DNA from: an uncultured Selenomonadales bacterium
Lineage (GTDB): Bacteria > Bacillota > Negativicutes > Selenomonadales > Selenomonadaceae
DNA length: 64,000 nucleotides
Reading direction: 5' to 3'
Assembly: GCA_947165295.1 (NCBI GenBank)
Contig: CAMUZU010000006.1
Location: 20,358 to 84,357, forward strand
In this document: piece after piece, positions 8,940-18,149 of the stretch
Layout: the number at the start of each line of letters is the position of its first letter
Position numbering within the stretch: position 1 is the stretch's first letter
Translations under genes and position numbers: made by a program
Notes under the pieces: model-generated
The model's database searches: none
Seen by the model: only the letters and a program-made list of their open reading frames with translations
Told to the model about the DNA's origin: nothing

Positions 8940-10262
8940 CTACAGATTTTTTAACACGGGCGGGATTAAGTTTCGTTCGACAATCAACCGTTCAATCGCG
9001 TCAAGGACTCGTCGCGGGGAGATTTTTTTCTGACACTCAAATTCGCGTGACGTTCCGTTGTGTCGCGGACAACATTGCTCGACGAAATTGACGCGCACGT
9101 CGTTGAAGCAACCGTTGCACACCAGGCGATTGGCGACGCGCCACGGCGTGTCAAACTCGAACCAATCTTGCGAAAAACCGCAAATCATCACGACGGGACA
9201 GTTCACCGCGTCGGCAAGCCAAGCCAAGCCGCTGCCAAGCCCGATAAAAAATTCCGCGTGGTGCAACATGTTCGCCCTGTGCATGATTGAAAAGTCGCCC
9301 GTGAAGTCTTCGGCGTTGGCGGGCTTGCGAATCGTCATGCCGTCGTTCGTCTGCGAAGAATTTTTGTCGATGCAAAAGACGCGGTAGCCCAAACTTAGCA
9401 GGTAGTCGACGACAATGTTCCAACCGTTCGGATACAACCAAGCTTTGCGATTGAGCGAAGCTTGAACGGCAACGCAAACATACGGCGCGCTTGTGACGGG
9501 CTCCGCTGTCGGTGTGAACGTCGGCTTCGGCGCACGCGAAGTCAAGCCCAAAATCCTACACGCGACAAGTTCCATGGGCATGTTGCGAATGTCTGCGGGC
9601 ACGCTCGGACTTTCGCCGATACACATTGTCGCAAAGTACGTCGCGTAAGCGTCGAAGGTCAGCGCGTCGACGAACGTCAATTCGGGGTACAGGTGAGCCG
9701 CGAACTCGCGAAGATATTCGGGCAACAGAACCGACAACTTGCAACGGTGAAGTCTTTGGAATTCGGCGACGGCGGGCAATGTCGAAATCACGTCGCCCAA
9801 CGCGTTCAATCGCACGGCAATCGTCACGGGTTTGCCTTCAAGGTCAAGCTCGTGAGCAAAAATTTTTTCACCGCCGCTGAAGACTTCGACGCACCAACGT
9901 ATGAAACTTTTTTCAAACGACACAAGCCGCACGTCGGACAGCTCTTCGTCGAGGAAAGTTTTTCCGCCGACTTCGCCAATCTTCACGCGGAAATTTCCTT
10001 CGGGCACGTCGAGCCGCAAGCCGAAGTTGAAATCCAAACGCAAGCCGTCAATGCCCGTCAAGCCGACAACGGGCGCAGTCAAAGCTTCGTCGCGGTCGCT
10101 GAAGAAGTGCAACTTGCGATACAAAAAGTCTTGAATGAAGTCGCCGTTCAACACGTCGCGCATGACGGCTTCGGGCTGAGCCGCACGTTCCGCCGCGTCG
10201 CGATAAGTCAACAAGTCTCTGAAATCTCCCGCGCAGAAAGTTGCAATCTTCAATGCCGACAC
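8940..10262 (-). CDS. TibC/Aah-like protein O-heptosyltransferase (GT9 family)
   Basis: 440 aa. By-eye alignment to E. coli Aah/TibC: APYVCVAVQAS..., GYRVFCIDKN, AEDFTG, FFIGLGSGLAWLA, PVVMICGFS..FEFDTPWRV, CNGCFND...CPRHNGTSREFEC. Confidence 0.75.
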   Translation of the reverse strand: MSALKIATFCAGDFRDLLTYRDAAERAAQPEAVMRDVLNGDFIQDFLYRKLHFFSDRDEALTAPVVGLTGIDGLRLDFNFGLRLDVPEGNFRVKIGEVGGKTFLDEELSDVRLVSFEKSFIRWCVEVFSGGEKIFAHELDLEGKPVTIAVRLNALGDVISTLPAVAEFQRLHRCKLSVLLPEYLREFAAHLYPELTFVDALTFDAYATYFATMCIGESPSVPADIRNMPMELVACRILGLTSRAPKPTFTPTAEPVTSAPYVCVAVQASLNRKAWLYPNGWNIVVDYLLSLGYRVFCIDKNSSQTNDGMTIRKPANAEDFTGDFSIMHRANMLHHAEFFIGLGSGLAWLADAVNCPVVMICGFSQDWFEFDTPWRVANRLVCNGCFNDVRVNFVEQCCPRHNGTSREFECQKKISPRRVLDAIERLIVERNLIPPVLKNL

Positions 10263-10396
10263 CGTCCCGAAAAGTTTTTCGTCAATGATAACGAATCGGC
10301 AGTTGCAAGTAAAGCGTCGTCGTGCGCGGGAACTTTTTATTGCGCGTCAAATTCTTGCGTGATAGAATTCGTCAAAACTTTGTTGGAGGTGGCGCG

Positions 10397-11884
10397 TTGG
10401 ACAACAACGACAACCCGAAGTCCAAAACAAGCATCTGGTCAATAATCCTCCTTGTGGCGTGCTTTATCGGAGCGGCCGTCGCGGGCGCAATGTTCGCCGA
10501 ATCAACTTTGTTCGACGGCAACGACCCGCCGCGACGAATCGTCAGCACGAACGAAAACGCGGAGGAACTCATAAAGGCACGCGACAAGTCGACAATTTTG
10601 ATTATGGGCGTGGACAAGCGCGAAGACGACGTCGGACGTTCCGATACGCTCATGATTGCAACCGTTGACCCGCGGCTTGATCGGGCGACGCTCTTGTCAA
10701 TTCCGCGTGACACTCGCGTAAGGATTTACGGTCTCGGCTACGACAAAATCAACGCGGCGTTCGCTTACGGCGGCGTCGAGCTTGCGGAGTCAACCGTTGA
10801 AAATTTTTTGGGCATCGACATCGACCATTATATTTTGATTGACACGGGCAGTTTCGTCAAAATCATCGACGCGATTGGCGGCGTGGACATTGACGTTGAA
10901 AAGCGCATGTTTTACGAAGACCCCTGGGACGACAACGGCGGGCTTGTGATTGACTTGTACCCCGGTCAACAGCACATGGACGGCAAAACCGCCGTGACTT
11001 ACGTGCGTTACCGCGACTCCGAAGGCGACATCGGGCGCGTCAAACGTCAGCAAGCGTTCATGGCGGCTTGTTTGGACAAAGTCACCTCGCCCGAAATCGT
11101 TCCGCGAATCCCGAAAATTCTGCGCGAAGTGATTGACGCCGTCGAAACGGACATGTCGCTGCGTCAGCTGTTGGAAGTTGCCGGCGCGCTCAAAGCCGCT
11201 CAACAGAACGGACTTGAAACGGACATGGTGCCCGGTTACCCGCTGTACATCGACGATATCAGCTATTGGATACCCGACGTCGAACAGCTGAGAATTTCCG
11301 TTGCCGACGCGCTGGGCATTACCGTTGACCCGCTGCTTCGTGAACGTTTCGAGCGGGCGGCGCGTGAGTACAGCAATTCAATTCCCGACGGCGCACGCGA
11401 CGTGCCCGAAGACGACGACTCAATCGGGCGACCCGTGCGCGACAGCCGCGAAACCCGCCGACGTTTGGAAGACCGCACGACCGTCAACGAACGGCGAACT
11501 TACGACGAAGACCGCAGGACTTCAATCGACGAACGCACGCATACAAACGACCGCAGAACTTCAATCGACGAGCGAACGACCGTCAACGGCCGCCGGACTT
11601 CCGACGACGACCGAACGCGTACAGACGACCGCAGAACTTCAGTTGACGAACGCACGAATTCAATCGACGACAACGAACGTGCGCGCTACGAAGATCGACG
11701 CTCCTCAATCGAGGACGACCGAACCCGTCACGAAGACCGACGCTCTTCAATCGAGGACGAACGCGACCGAACCGACGACATCGGGCGAATGTCCGACACG
11801 TCGCAGATTGAACGGCGCACTGTTCCCGAAACGACTTTCGACGAACCGTCACGCAACGACAACTCACCGAAGACGAGGTATTGA
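10397..11884 (+). CDS. LytR-CpsA-Psr (LCP) family protein with a long charged repeat tail
   Basis: N-terminal TM helix, then an LCP core (ILIMGVDKREDDVGRSDTLMIATVD...LSIPRDT...KINAAFAYGG). The C-terminal ~150 aa is a D/E/R/S/T repeat region. TTG 10397 follows GGAGGTGG. Confidence 0.8.
   Translation: MDNNDNPKSKTSIWSIILLVACFIGAAVAGAMFAESTLFDGNDPPRRIVSTNENAEELIKARDKSTILIMGVDKREDDVGRSDTLMIATVDPRLDRATLLSIPRDTRVRIYGLGYDKINAAFAYGGVELAESTVENFLGIDIDHYILIDTGSFVKIIDAIGGVDIDVEKRMFYEDPWDDNGGLVIDLYPGQQHMDGKTAVTYVRYRDSEGDIGRVKRQQAFMAACLDKVTSPEIVPRIPKILREVIDAVETDMSLRQLLEVAGALKAAQQNGLETDMVPGYPLYIDDISYWIPDVEQLRISVADALGITVDPLLRERFERAAREYSNSIPDGARDVPEDDDSIGRPVRDSRETRRRLEDRTTVNERRTYDEDRRTSIDERTHTNDRRTSIDERTTVNGRRTSDDDRTRTDDRRTSVDERTNSIDDNERARYEDRRSSIEDDRTRHEDRRSSIEDERDRTDDIGRMSDTSQIERRTVPETTFDEPSRNDNSPKTRY
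11510..11665 (+). repeat. Four tandem 39-nt units inside the LCP gene (13-aa DRRTSIDERT..N repeats), with degenerate copies out to about 11775
   Basis: Units start at 11510, 11549, 11588 and 11627. Confidence 0.8.
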
Positions 11885-11885
11885 C

Positions 11886-12500
11886 ATGGACAAAATCATT
11901 TTGACCGACGAACTGTTTCTTGGCGACGGCAACCACAAAATCGTTTACGCGCACCCGACCGACAAAAATCTTTGCGTGAAACTTCTTCGCACGCCCGACG
12001 ACCCCGACTTTGCAAAAGAAATGCGCTACCGAAAAGCTTTGGGCGACCGCGCAAATTCAATGACGCTCTTGACGAAATATTTCGGGCAGGTGGAAACCAA
12101 TCGCGGCGACGGTTACTTGTTCGAGCGCGTGATTGACTTCGACGGCAAGTCTTCGCCGACAATGCTAAACGTTTTGGCGGACACCGTCGTTTACCGCGAC
12201 CGCTTGCCCGCGACGGAAGAACTGTTGCTTGACTTCAAGCGCGCTTACTTCGACGAAAAGTTTCTGCTTGCGGGCGTCGACCCCGACAATTATCTTGTGC
12301 AACGAATTTCGCCGACGGAGCGACGCGTCCGAATCATCGACAACATCGGCATTGCGACGTTCGTGCCGCTTGCGTACTGGTTTGACGCCTTCGCAGTCAA
12401 GCGCGCTAAAAAATATTGGCGGCGGTTTGTCGACCTGATGCGCACTGATTACGCGAACATCTTCACGCCCGAATTCCTGAACAAGCTTGCCGACGTGTAA
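11886..12500 (+). CDS. YrbL-family (PhoP regulatory network) kinase-fold protein
   Basis: 204 aa. Aligns by eye to E. coli YrbL (GDGNHKIVYAHP..., GQVETNRGDGYLFERVIDFDGKSSPT, DNIGIATFVPLAYW...KYWRRF). Confidence 0.8.
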   Translation: MDKIILTDELFLGDGNHKIVYAHPTDKNLCVKLLRTPDDPDFAKEMRYRKALGDRANSMTLLTKYFGQVETNRGDGYLFERVIDFDGKSSPTMLNVLADTVVYRDRLPATEELLLDFKRAYFDEKFLLAGVDPDNYLVQRISPTERRVRIIDNIGIATFVPLAYWFDAFAVKRAKKYWRRFVDLMRTDYANIFTPEFLNKLADV

Positions 12501-12505
12501 AAAAA

Positions 12506-12533
12506 TCCCCGTCACCGACGACGGGGATTTTTT
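12506..12533 (+). terminator. Intrinsic terminator after the yrbL-like gene
   Basis: TCCCCGTC/GACGGGGA hairpin plus TTTTTT. Confidence 0.8.
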
Positions 12534-12594
12534 GTTGCGCAAAGCCGACGTTTGCTGTATGATTCGCTTGATTTTTTCGGAAGGCGGAGACTTG

Positions 12595-13086
12595 ATGAAT
12601 CGAACGACACGCACGGTTGTAAAAATTTTTTTTATCGCGGCGGTGACTGTCGCCTGTATCGCGCCGGCTTATTACCTCGGCTCGAACTTGACGGGGCACG
12701 CGCTGGCGACGGCCTCGGACAACATGAACTATTCGCGGTGGCTGGAAAAATATTTCGTCTTGACGCGGGCGACGGGCTTGCTCAACGGACTTTGCGCACT
12801 GAGCTGGTTCCTTGCGGCAAGATTTTTTTTCGCGGTTGACGACGTGACAAGCGCGGGCAAACGAATCTTCTGGACGGGACTGTTGACGGCGTCGCTTGCG
12901 ATAAGTTTGGGTGTGCCGCACGTTTACGCGCCAATGCTCGGAATCAAACTCAACGGAATTGTCTTCGCGCTGTTCGCAGGCATCTTCACGGGCTTGGGCT
13001 ACTGGCTGTTGACGATTTTCACGTCGCCGCTTGCGTTCAAGTACACACCGCTCGGCGCACAACTTTTCGGGAGGCGTCGCGCATGA
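12595..13086 (+). CDS. Integral membrane protein (about four TM helices)
   Basis: 163 aa and hydrophobic. RBS GAAGGCGGAG. Its stop overlaps the next ATG (ATGA). Confidence 0.65.
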   Translation: MNRTTRTVVKIFFIAAVTVACIAPAYYLGSNLTGHALATASDNMNYSRWLEKYFVLTRATGLLNGLCALSWFLAARFFFAVDDVTSAGKRIFWTGLLTASLAISLGVPHVYAPMLGIKLNGIVFALFAGIFTGLGYWLLTIFTSPLAFKYTPLGAQLFGRRRA

Positions 13087-14468
13087 GTTATCTTTTCGTT
13101 TCAATCGGCGGCACGGGCGCGAAAGTCATGGAGGCGTTGACGCACCTTTGTATCGCGGGCGGCTTGTCGGGCGACGAACGACTTTATATCGCGGCGATTG
13201 ACCCCGATGTCGGCAACGGCAACTTGGAACGCACGTCGACCGCGCTAAACAATTTCGCCGTGTTTCAAAATCTTTCCGTCGGCATGGACACCGCGCTGTT
13301 CAAGAACAAAGTTTCGATCCTGCGACCGTTTCCGTGGAACCCGACCGGCCACGACAAGACGCTTGACGACCTGATCGAATTTCATCATCACAGCAATACG
13401 CCCGTCGGTGAACTGTACGAAACTTTGTACACGCGACGCGAACGCGACACGACGCTCAACGAAGGCTTTCGCGGACACCCGTCGATTGGCGCGGCGGTTT
13501 TGGCGAAGAAATTCGACGACGGCTCGAAACTCACCGCGCAGATTGAAAAAATTCTCGGCGAAGGCGACAGCGTCAAAATTTTTCTTGCAGGCTCGGTCTT
13601 CGGCGGCACGGGCGCGGCGGGTCTTCCGACCGTTGCTCGACTGCTCAAAAACAATCTTGCCGATTACGCGGACAGGATTTCCGTCGGCGGCGTATTGATG
13701 TTGCCGTACTTCAGCTTCACGCCCGACCCGAACGTCGACGAACTTTTTGCCCGCAGTGAAAACTTTTTGGCGAACACGAAGGCGGCTCTGCGTTACTATT
13801 CCGAACGCGAAAATCTCTTCGACGCGGTTTACTTCGTCGGCGATTCGGTCATGACGCCCGTCGCGGAATTTTCCGTGGGCGCGGCGAATCAGCGCAATGA
13901 AGCTCACGTCGCCGAACTTTACGCGGCATTGGCGGCGGCTGATTTCTTCGCGCAACCGTTGCATTCGCCGAAAACTTTCAAGTACATTTGCCGTCACGCG
14001 CCGAACAAATTTTCGTGGGACGACCTGCCGACTTCGCGGGAACGTTTCGCGCAGTTCGCCCGATTTATCTTCGCGTTCGTGCATTTGATTAAGCCTGTGC
14101 TGAGCGACTTGTCGGCGGGCAACGCGAAGGCTTACAAATATCCGTGGTTCGTCGATTATCTCGACGGCGTGGACGTGACGGCTCCCGACGCGGTGAACTT
14201 CAGCTTTTACGCGGAGGCGTTCGCGGCGTGGCTCAAACAACTTGAAACTCTCGACGGGCGCGAAGTCTTCTTGATTGACCCGTCGATGTTCGATGCGAAT
14301 CCTGCGCGGCTTGTCGACAAGAAACTTTTCGCGTCAATCGACGGCAACAAGTCAAAGTTGACCGTGCACGAAGTTTGGTATCGGTTGACGGAGCCCGCGA
14401 AGTTTGATTCGACGGTTAAAGGTTTCGGCAAGTTTCTGCGGCGGCTGTACGATTGTTGCGCGGTGTAA
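13083..14468 (+). CDS. FtsZ/tubulin-superfamily-like protein (Tubulin_2-type)
   Basis: 461 aa. N-terminal [15 protein letters not shown] and [22 protein letters not shown] resemble the FtsZ T4 loop AGMGGGTGTGAAPVIA. Confidence 0.55.
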   Translation: MSYLFVSIGGTGAKVMEALTHLCIAGGLSGDERLYIAAIDPDVGNGNLERTSTALNNFAVFQNLSVGMDTALFKNKVSILRPFPWNPTGHDKTLDDLIEFHHHSNTPVGELYETLYTRRERDTTLNEGFRGHPSIGAAVLAKKFDDGSKLTAQIEKILGEGDSVKIFLAGSVFGGTGAAGLPTVARLLKNNLADYADRISVGGVLMLPYFSFTPDPNVDELFARSENFLANTKAALRYYSERENLFDAVYFVGDSVMTPVAEFSVGAANQRNEAHVAELYAALAAADFFAQPLHSPKTFKYICRHAPNKFSWDDLPTSRERFAQFARFIFAFVHLIKPVLSDLSAGNAKAYKYPWFVDYLDGVDVTAPDAVNFSFYAEAFAAWLKQLETLDGREVFLIDPSMFDANPARLVDKKLFASIDGNKSKLTVHEVWYRLTEPAKFDSTVKGFGKFLRRLYDCCAV

Positions 14469-14567
14469 ATTTTTTCCGCGTCGACAACGTTTGACTTGCG
14501 ATAACGTTGCGGGTCGCTCCCGTTGGATGCAACGTCACGTTGCCGGCGGCTGTACGATTGTTGCGCG
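14439..14567 (-). mobile_element. 81-nt insert flanked by 24-bp direct repeats at the tubulin-like/ABC junction (partial relative of the hairpin-element family)
   Basis: DR CGGCGGCTGTACGATTGTTGCGCG at 14439-14462 and 14544-14567. The insert reverse complement shares CCGCAACGTT.TCGCAAG with the cobU copy. Confidence 0.6.
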
Positions 14568-14586
14568 ATTTAAAGGCGGTGAAGTT

Positions 14587-15297
14587 ATGTCGAACGTCGT
14601 CACAATCACGGGCGTCAAAAAGCTCTACAAGATGGGTTCCGAAACTGTCGCGGCACTCAATGGCGTCGACCTCAAGATTGACGCGGGCGAATTCGTCGCG
14701 CTCATGGGTCCTTCGGGCAGCGGTAAATCAACGCTGATGAACATCCTCGGTTGCCTCGACCGCCCGACCGTCGGCTCGTATAAATTGCTCGGACAGGAAG
14801 TCAGCGGTTTGGGCGACGACGAACTTGCGCGCATTCGCAACAAGACAATCGGTTTCGTGTTTCAGAACTTCAACCTGTTGCCGAAATTGACAAGCCTTGA
14901 AAACGTCGCGTTGCCTGCCGTGTACGCGGGTATCGGCTCAAGCAAGCGGCTTGAATTGGCAATGGCGGCACTCAAGAAAGTTTCGCTCGACGACCGCGCA
15001 CAACATTTGCCAAGCGAACTGTCGGGCGGTCAACGTCAACGCGTGGCGATAGCGCGGGCAATCGCAATGCACCCCGCGATTTTGATGGCGGACGAACCGA
15101 CGGGCAACCTCGACACGAAGTCCACGGGCGAAATAATGCAGATCTTTCGCGACCTGCACGCGGCGGGCTCGACGATAATTTTAGTCACGCACGAACCCGA
15201 CATTGCGCAGGCCGCCGACCGTCAAATTCTCGTCAAGGACGGGCAGATAACCAAAGACATTTCACGCGGCTCCGACGAAATTATCGACATTGTTTAA
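14587..15297 (+). CDS. ABC transporter ATP-binding protein, MacB/LolD type
   Basis: Walker [10 protein letters not shown], signature [14 protein letters not shown], and the typical MacB-family N-terminus ([21 protein letters not shown]). Confidence 0.88.
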   Translation: MSNVVTITGVKKLYKMGSETVAALNGVDLKIDAGEFVALMGPSGSGKSTLMNILGCLDRPTVGSYKLLGQEVSGLGDDELARIRNKTIGFVFQNFNLLPKLTSLENVALPAVYAGIGSSKRLELAMAALKKVSLDDRAQHLPSELSGGQRQRVAIARAIAMHPAILMADEPTGNLDTKSTGEIMQIFRDLHAAGSTIILVTHEPDIAQAADRQILVKDGQITKDISRGSDEIIDIV

Positions 15298-15309
15298 CGG
15301 GGTGTCGAC

Positions 15310-16527
15310 ATGCTTTTTACCGAACTTCTGAAGATGGCGGCGTTGAGTCTCGTCGCCAACAAAATGCGCACGCTGTTGACGATGCTCGGAATAATTATCG
15401 GCGTCGCGGCGGTTATCGCAATGGTTTCCGTCGGCATGGGCGTCAAGAAAAACGTCGTCGACTCAATATCGCGGCTCGGCTCGAACATGCTTGTCATAAT
15501 GTCGGGCAGCTCCAATCGCGGCGGCATGAGAGGCGCGGCGGGCTCCGTGACGACTTTGACTTACGCGGACGCCGAAGCGATTAAAGACAAAATCAAATAC
15601 GTTGCCCACGTGTCGCCGACCGTGCAGGGCAGTTATCAAGTTGTCTACGGCCACGAGAACTGGAACACGACGGTCACGGGCGTTATCCCCGAATACGTGT
15701 CGGTTCAGTCGCTCGAAGTCCAAAACGGGCTTTTCTTCGGCGAACACGATGTTGACGTTCGCAACCGCGTGGCAGTTATCGGCGCGACGGTGGCGACAAA
15801 TTTGTTCGACAGCGTTAATCCCGTCGGCAAGAAAATTCGTATCGGCAACGCGCCGTACACGATTATCGGCGTGCTGAAAAGCAAAGGTCAATCCGCCGGC
15901 GGACAAGACCAGGACGACGTTGTTTTGATTCCCTTGACGACCGCGCAGGAACGCTTGCTCGGCATTACTCACGTGCGCTCAATCAACGTTCAAGTCACCG
16001 ACGCGGACAAGATGAACGAAGTTCAATCGAACATTGAAAAACTTTTGCGGCAACGTCACCGAATCCGCGCAGGTGCCGAAGACGACTTCAACGTTCGCAA
16101 CCTGACCAGCATAATGGAAACGATGTCTTCGACGACGACGATGATAACGCTTTTGCTCGGCTCAATCGCGGGCATTTCGCTTATCGTCGGCGGTATCGGC
16201 ATTATGAATATCATGATGGTTTCGGTAACCGAACGCACGCGGGAGATTGGCATTCGCAAGGCGATTGGCGCGACGTACAACTCAATCATGATGCAATTCC
16301 TGATTGAATCGACGATGATTAGCATAATCGGCGGACTTATCGGCATTGTGATTGGCGTCGGTGTCGCGCAGGCAATTTCCAAGTTCGGCAACTTCACGAC
16401 GGTTATCAGCGGGCTGAGCATTGCGGCAAGTTTCGGGTTTTCGCTGTTCGTCGGGATATTCTTCGGGATGTTGCCCGCACGCAAGGCCGCACGACTTGAC
16501 CCGATTGACGCGCTGCGTTACGAGTGA
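15310..16527 (+). CDS. ABC transporter permease, MacB/FtsX type
   Basis: 405 aa. N-terminal TM, a large periplasmic domain, then three C-terminal TMs and the conserved end ...RKAARLDPIDALRYE. Confidence 0.88.
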   Translation: MLFTELLKMAALSLVANKMRTLLTMLGIIIGVAAVIAMVSVGMGVKKNVVDSISRLGSNMLVIMSGSSNRGGMRGAAGSVTTLTYADAEAIKDKIKYVAHVSPTVQGSYQVVYGHENWNTTVTGVIPEYVSVQSLEVQNGLFFGEHDVDVRNRVAVIGATVATNLFDSVNPVGKKIRIGNAPYTIIGVLKSKGQSAGGQDQDDVVLIPLTTAQERLLGITHVRSINVQVTDADKMNEVQSNIEKLLRQRHRIRAGAEDDFNVRNLTSIMETMSSTTTMITLLLGSIAGISLIVGGIGIMNIMMVSVTERTREIGIRKAIGATYNSIMMQFLIESTMISIIGGLIGIVIGVGVAQAISKFGNFTTVISGLSIAASFGFSLFVGIFFGMLPARKAARLDPIDALRYE

Positions 16528-16533
16528 CGTTTC

Positions 16534-16639
16534 GTTACTTTTCTTTTGGCGCAAAAGAAAAGTAACCAAAAGAAAACAGCCCGCAGGTGAAACATCCTGT
16601 TTCAACCGCGGGCGTGCGGCCGTCATCCATGACGGCCGG
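16534..16639 (-). repeat. Mosaic three-hairpin intergenic repeat, copy 3 (inverted)
   Basis: The reverse complement gives HP1 CGGCCGTCA-tgga-TGACGGCCG, HP2 GCCCGC..TGAAAC-aggat-GTTTCA..GCGGGC and HP3 GTTACTTTTCTTTTG-cgc-CAAAAGAAAAGTAAC. Confidence 0.75.
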
Positions 16640-16709
16640 ATTTTCGTTGAGCGTGTCGAGTTTGTAACCAAGACCAACGAAATTTTCCGATAGTAATCAG
16701 ATGGGCGGT

Positions 16710-16738
16710 TTGATTTGCGTTTCGACGTGCTGTATACT
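16710..16738 (+). promoter_or_regulatory. Sigma-70-type promoter of the Sel1 cluster
   Basis: TTGATT-17 nt-TATACT. Confidence 0.5.
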
Positions 16739-16845
16739 GCGCAAGCCGCAATTAGTCTGGTTGCGAATCGTAAAAACTTAATATTGTGGTCGTCAAACGA
16801 CCGAGCCGTAAACGTCAACGTTCATTTTCGAGAGGAGGAATTTTC

Positions 16846-17640
16846 GTGGCGTTTTTTTATTTTGTTGTCCGCGACACCAACGAGCAAAATCCGCCGCGTG
16901 ACAGCGAAGACTTGAAGCGTCGCCTTGACGAAATTCGGGCGTGGATTCCGCAACCGCCAAAACGTCAGCGCGATAACAACATGATCTTCGCGTCAAAGGC
17001 CTTTGAGCTGTTCAAAGACTGCGGGCTTATCAGCCGAGACAATCTCGAACTTTTGAACGACAAGGAGTGGTGCGACGAAAACATTGACTTTATCCGAATT
17101 GCGGGCGAAAAAGCTTGCAGTCAAATTAATCCGTTGGGCGGCGTCGTGCGGCGTGAAGATTTGCCGATGTGCGACAAGTCAATCTTGCGCTATTACTGTC
17201 CGCGTGACGAGCTGAAACTTGATTCCGACATTGAGGTTGCCGCAAAAAGTTTCGGCGGCGCGAGCAAGTTGGCGGTCGTTTGCGAAGGCGTGACGTATTA
17301 CATTTCCAACGATTGGTTCAGCGACGACAAAATCCGTCCGACGAAAAAGGCGTTCACCAACTGGCTGGTTTTTTGGGCAGTTATGGCTTGCGACAAAAGC
17401 CGGAAAGCTGAATCGGATAAAATTTCGTCGACAACGCTGACCGACATGCGCGCAAGTCACGTTGCCCCGAACATCGAGCTTGAACTCAAACCTACCGACG
17501 AACTTCAACCCGAAGTCGAACCCGTCACGGTCGACAAGCCCGAAGACTCAGCCGAAGTTATCGAGTCGCTGAAAAGTTTGCACGCAAAAGTTGACAAACT
17601 CACCGCTGAGATTGAAGAAATCAAAAAACTTTGGAGGTAA
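16846..17640 (+). CDS. Hypothetical protein (first gene of the Sel1-repeat cluster)
   Basis: ORF with GTG 16846 after GAGGAGGA and a C-terminal coiled coil. The start is uncertain (ATG 16981 is an alternative). Confidence 0.5.
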   Translation: MAFFYFVVRDTNEQNPPRDSEDLKRRLDEIRAWIPQPPKRQRDNNMIFASKAFELFKDCGLISRDNLELLNDKEWCDENIDFIRIAGEKACSQINPLGGVVRREDLPMCDKSILRYYCPRDELKLDSDIEVAAKSFGGASKLAVVCEGVTYYISNDWFSDDKIRPTKKAFTNWLVFWAVMACDKSRKAESDKISSTTLTDMRASHVAPNIELELKPTDELQPEVEPVTVDKPEDSAEVIESLKSLHAKVDKLTAEIEEIKKLWR

Positions 17641-17645
17641 AACTT

Positions 17646-18146
17646 ATGATTGACAAACTGACCGAATGGGCGCAGGCGGGCGACGGACACGCGATGTATA
17701 AGCTTGCCGTTATGGAGCGCGACGAAAATAATTTTCCGCAGTACGAACATTGGCTTGAAAAATCCGCCGAAGCCAAACACTTCGACGCTATGAAAGAATT
17801 CGCAAACCTTCTGCGCGACAAAGCCGACTACGCGACGGCTCTTGCGCTGTACAAAGAACTTGCTAAAGATCTTCTCGACGTTGAATCAATGGAAATTATT
17901 GTTGACATGTGCGCACAAAGTCAAGGCGTTCCGAAAAACGACGCCGACACGCTCAACTTTGTGCTTAAAATTATCGACGGTATTTATAACGAAATTTATC
18001 TGATTGACCGCGGTCATATTTTGATGCGAACGCTGATATTCGACACACGCCGACACGACGAATGCACGATGCGTTATCTTGAAGCGATTGAACGACGAAG
18101 AATCGCAAGCCGTATCCGTAAAATTTTGTCGACTGCGGAGGTTTGA
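17646..18146 (+). CDS. Sel1-like repeat protein
   Basis: AQAGDGHAMYKLAV...WLEKSAEAKHFDAM repeats. ATG follows GGAGGT. Confidence 0.65.
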   Translation: MIDKLTEWAQAGDGHAMYKLAVMERDENNFPQYEHWLEKSAEAKHFDAMKEFANLLRDKADYATALALYKELAKDLLDVESMEIIVDMCAQSQGVPKNDADTLNFVLKIIDGIYNEIYLIDRGHILMRTLIFDTRRHDECTMRYLEAIERRRIASRIRKILSTAEV

Positions 18147-18149
18147 ATC

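Noticed and set aside
11301-11885. I considered the 195-codon N-terminal extension of the yrbL-like ORF (track ORF 11301..12500).
   Set aside because: It is the alternative reading frame of the LCP repeat tail, kept open by the 39-nt repeats. The YrbL homology begins at ATG 11886.
13245-14240. Long antisense ORFs lie opposite well-supported genes. This one is an example; others are 1321..2085, 19665..20642, 24251..25066, 25851..26900, 35533..36279, 39050..39820, 54937..55686, 57373..58050 and 62208..63140.
   Set aside because: They are Arg/Val/Phe-rich shadow frames with low-complexity composition. They lack RBSs, and each fully overlaps a gene with clear family motifs on the other strand.
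14404-14586. I considered the N-terminal extension of the ABC ATPase ORF (track start 14404).
   Set aside because: The extension runs through the end of the tubulin-like gene, the 81-nt insert and the duplicated 24-mer. The conserved MacB-type N-terminus begins at ATG 14587, which has its own RBS.
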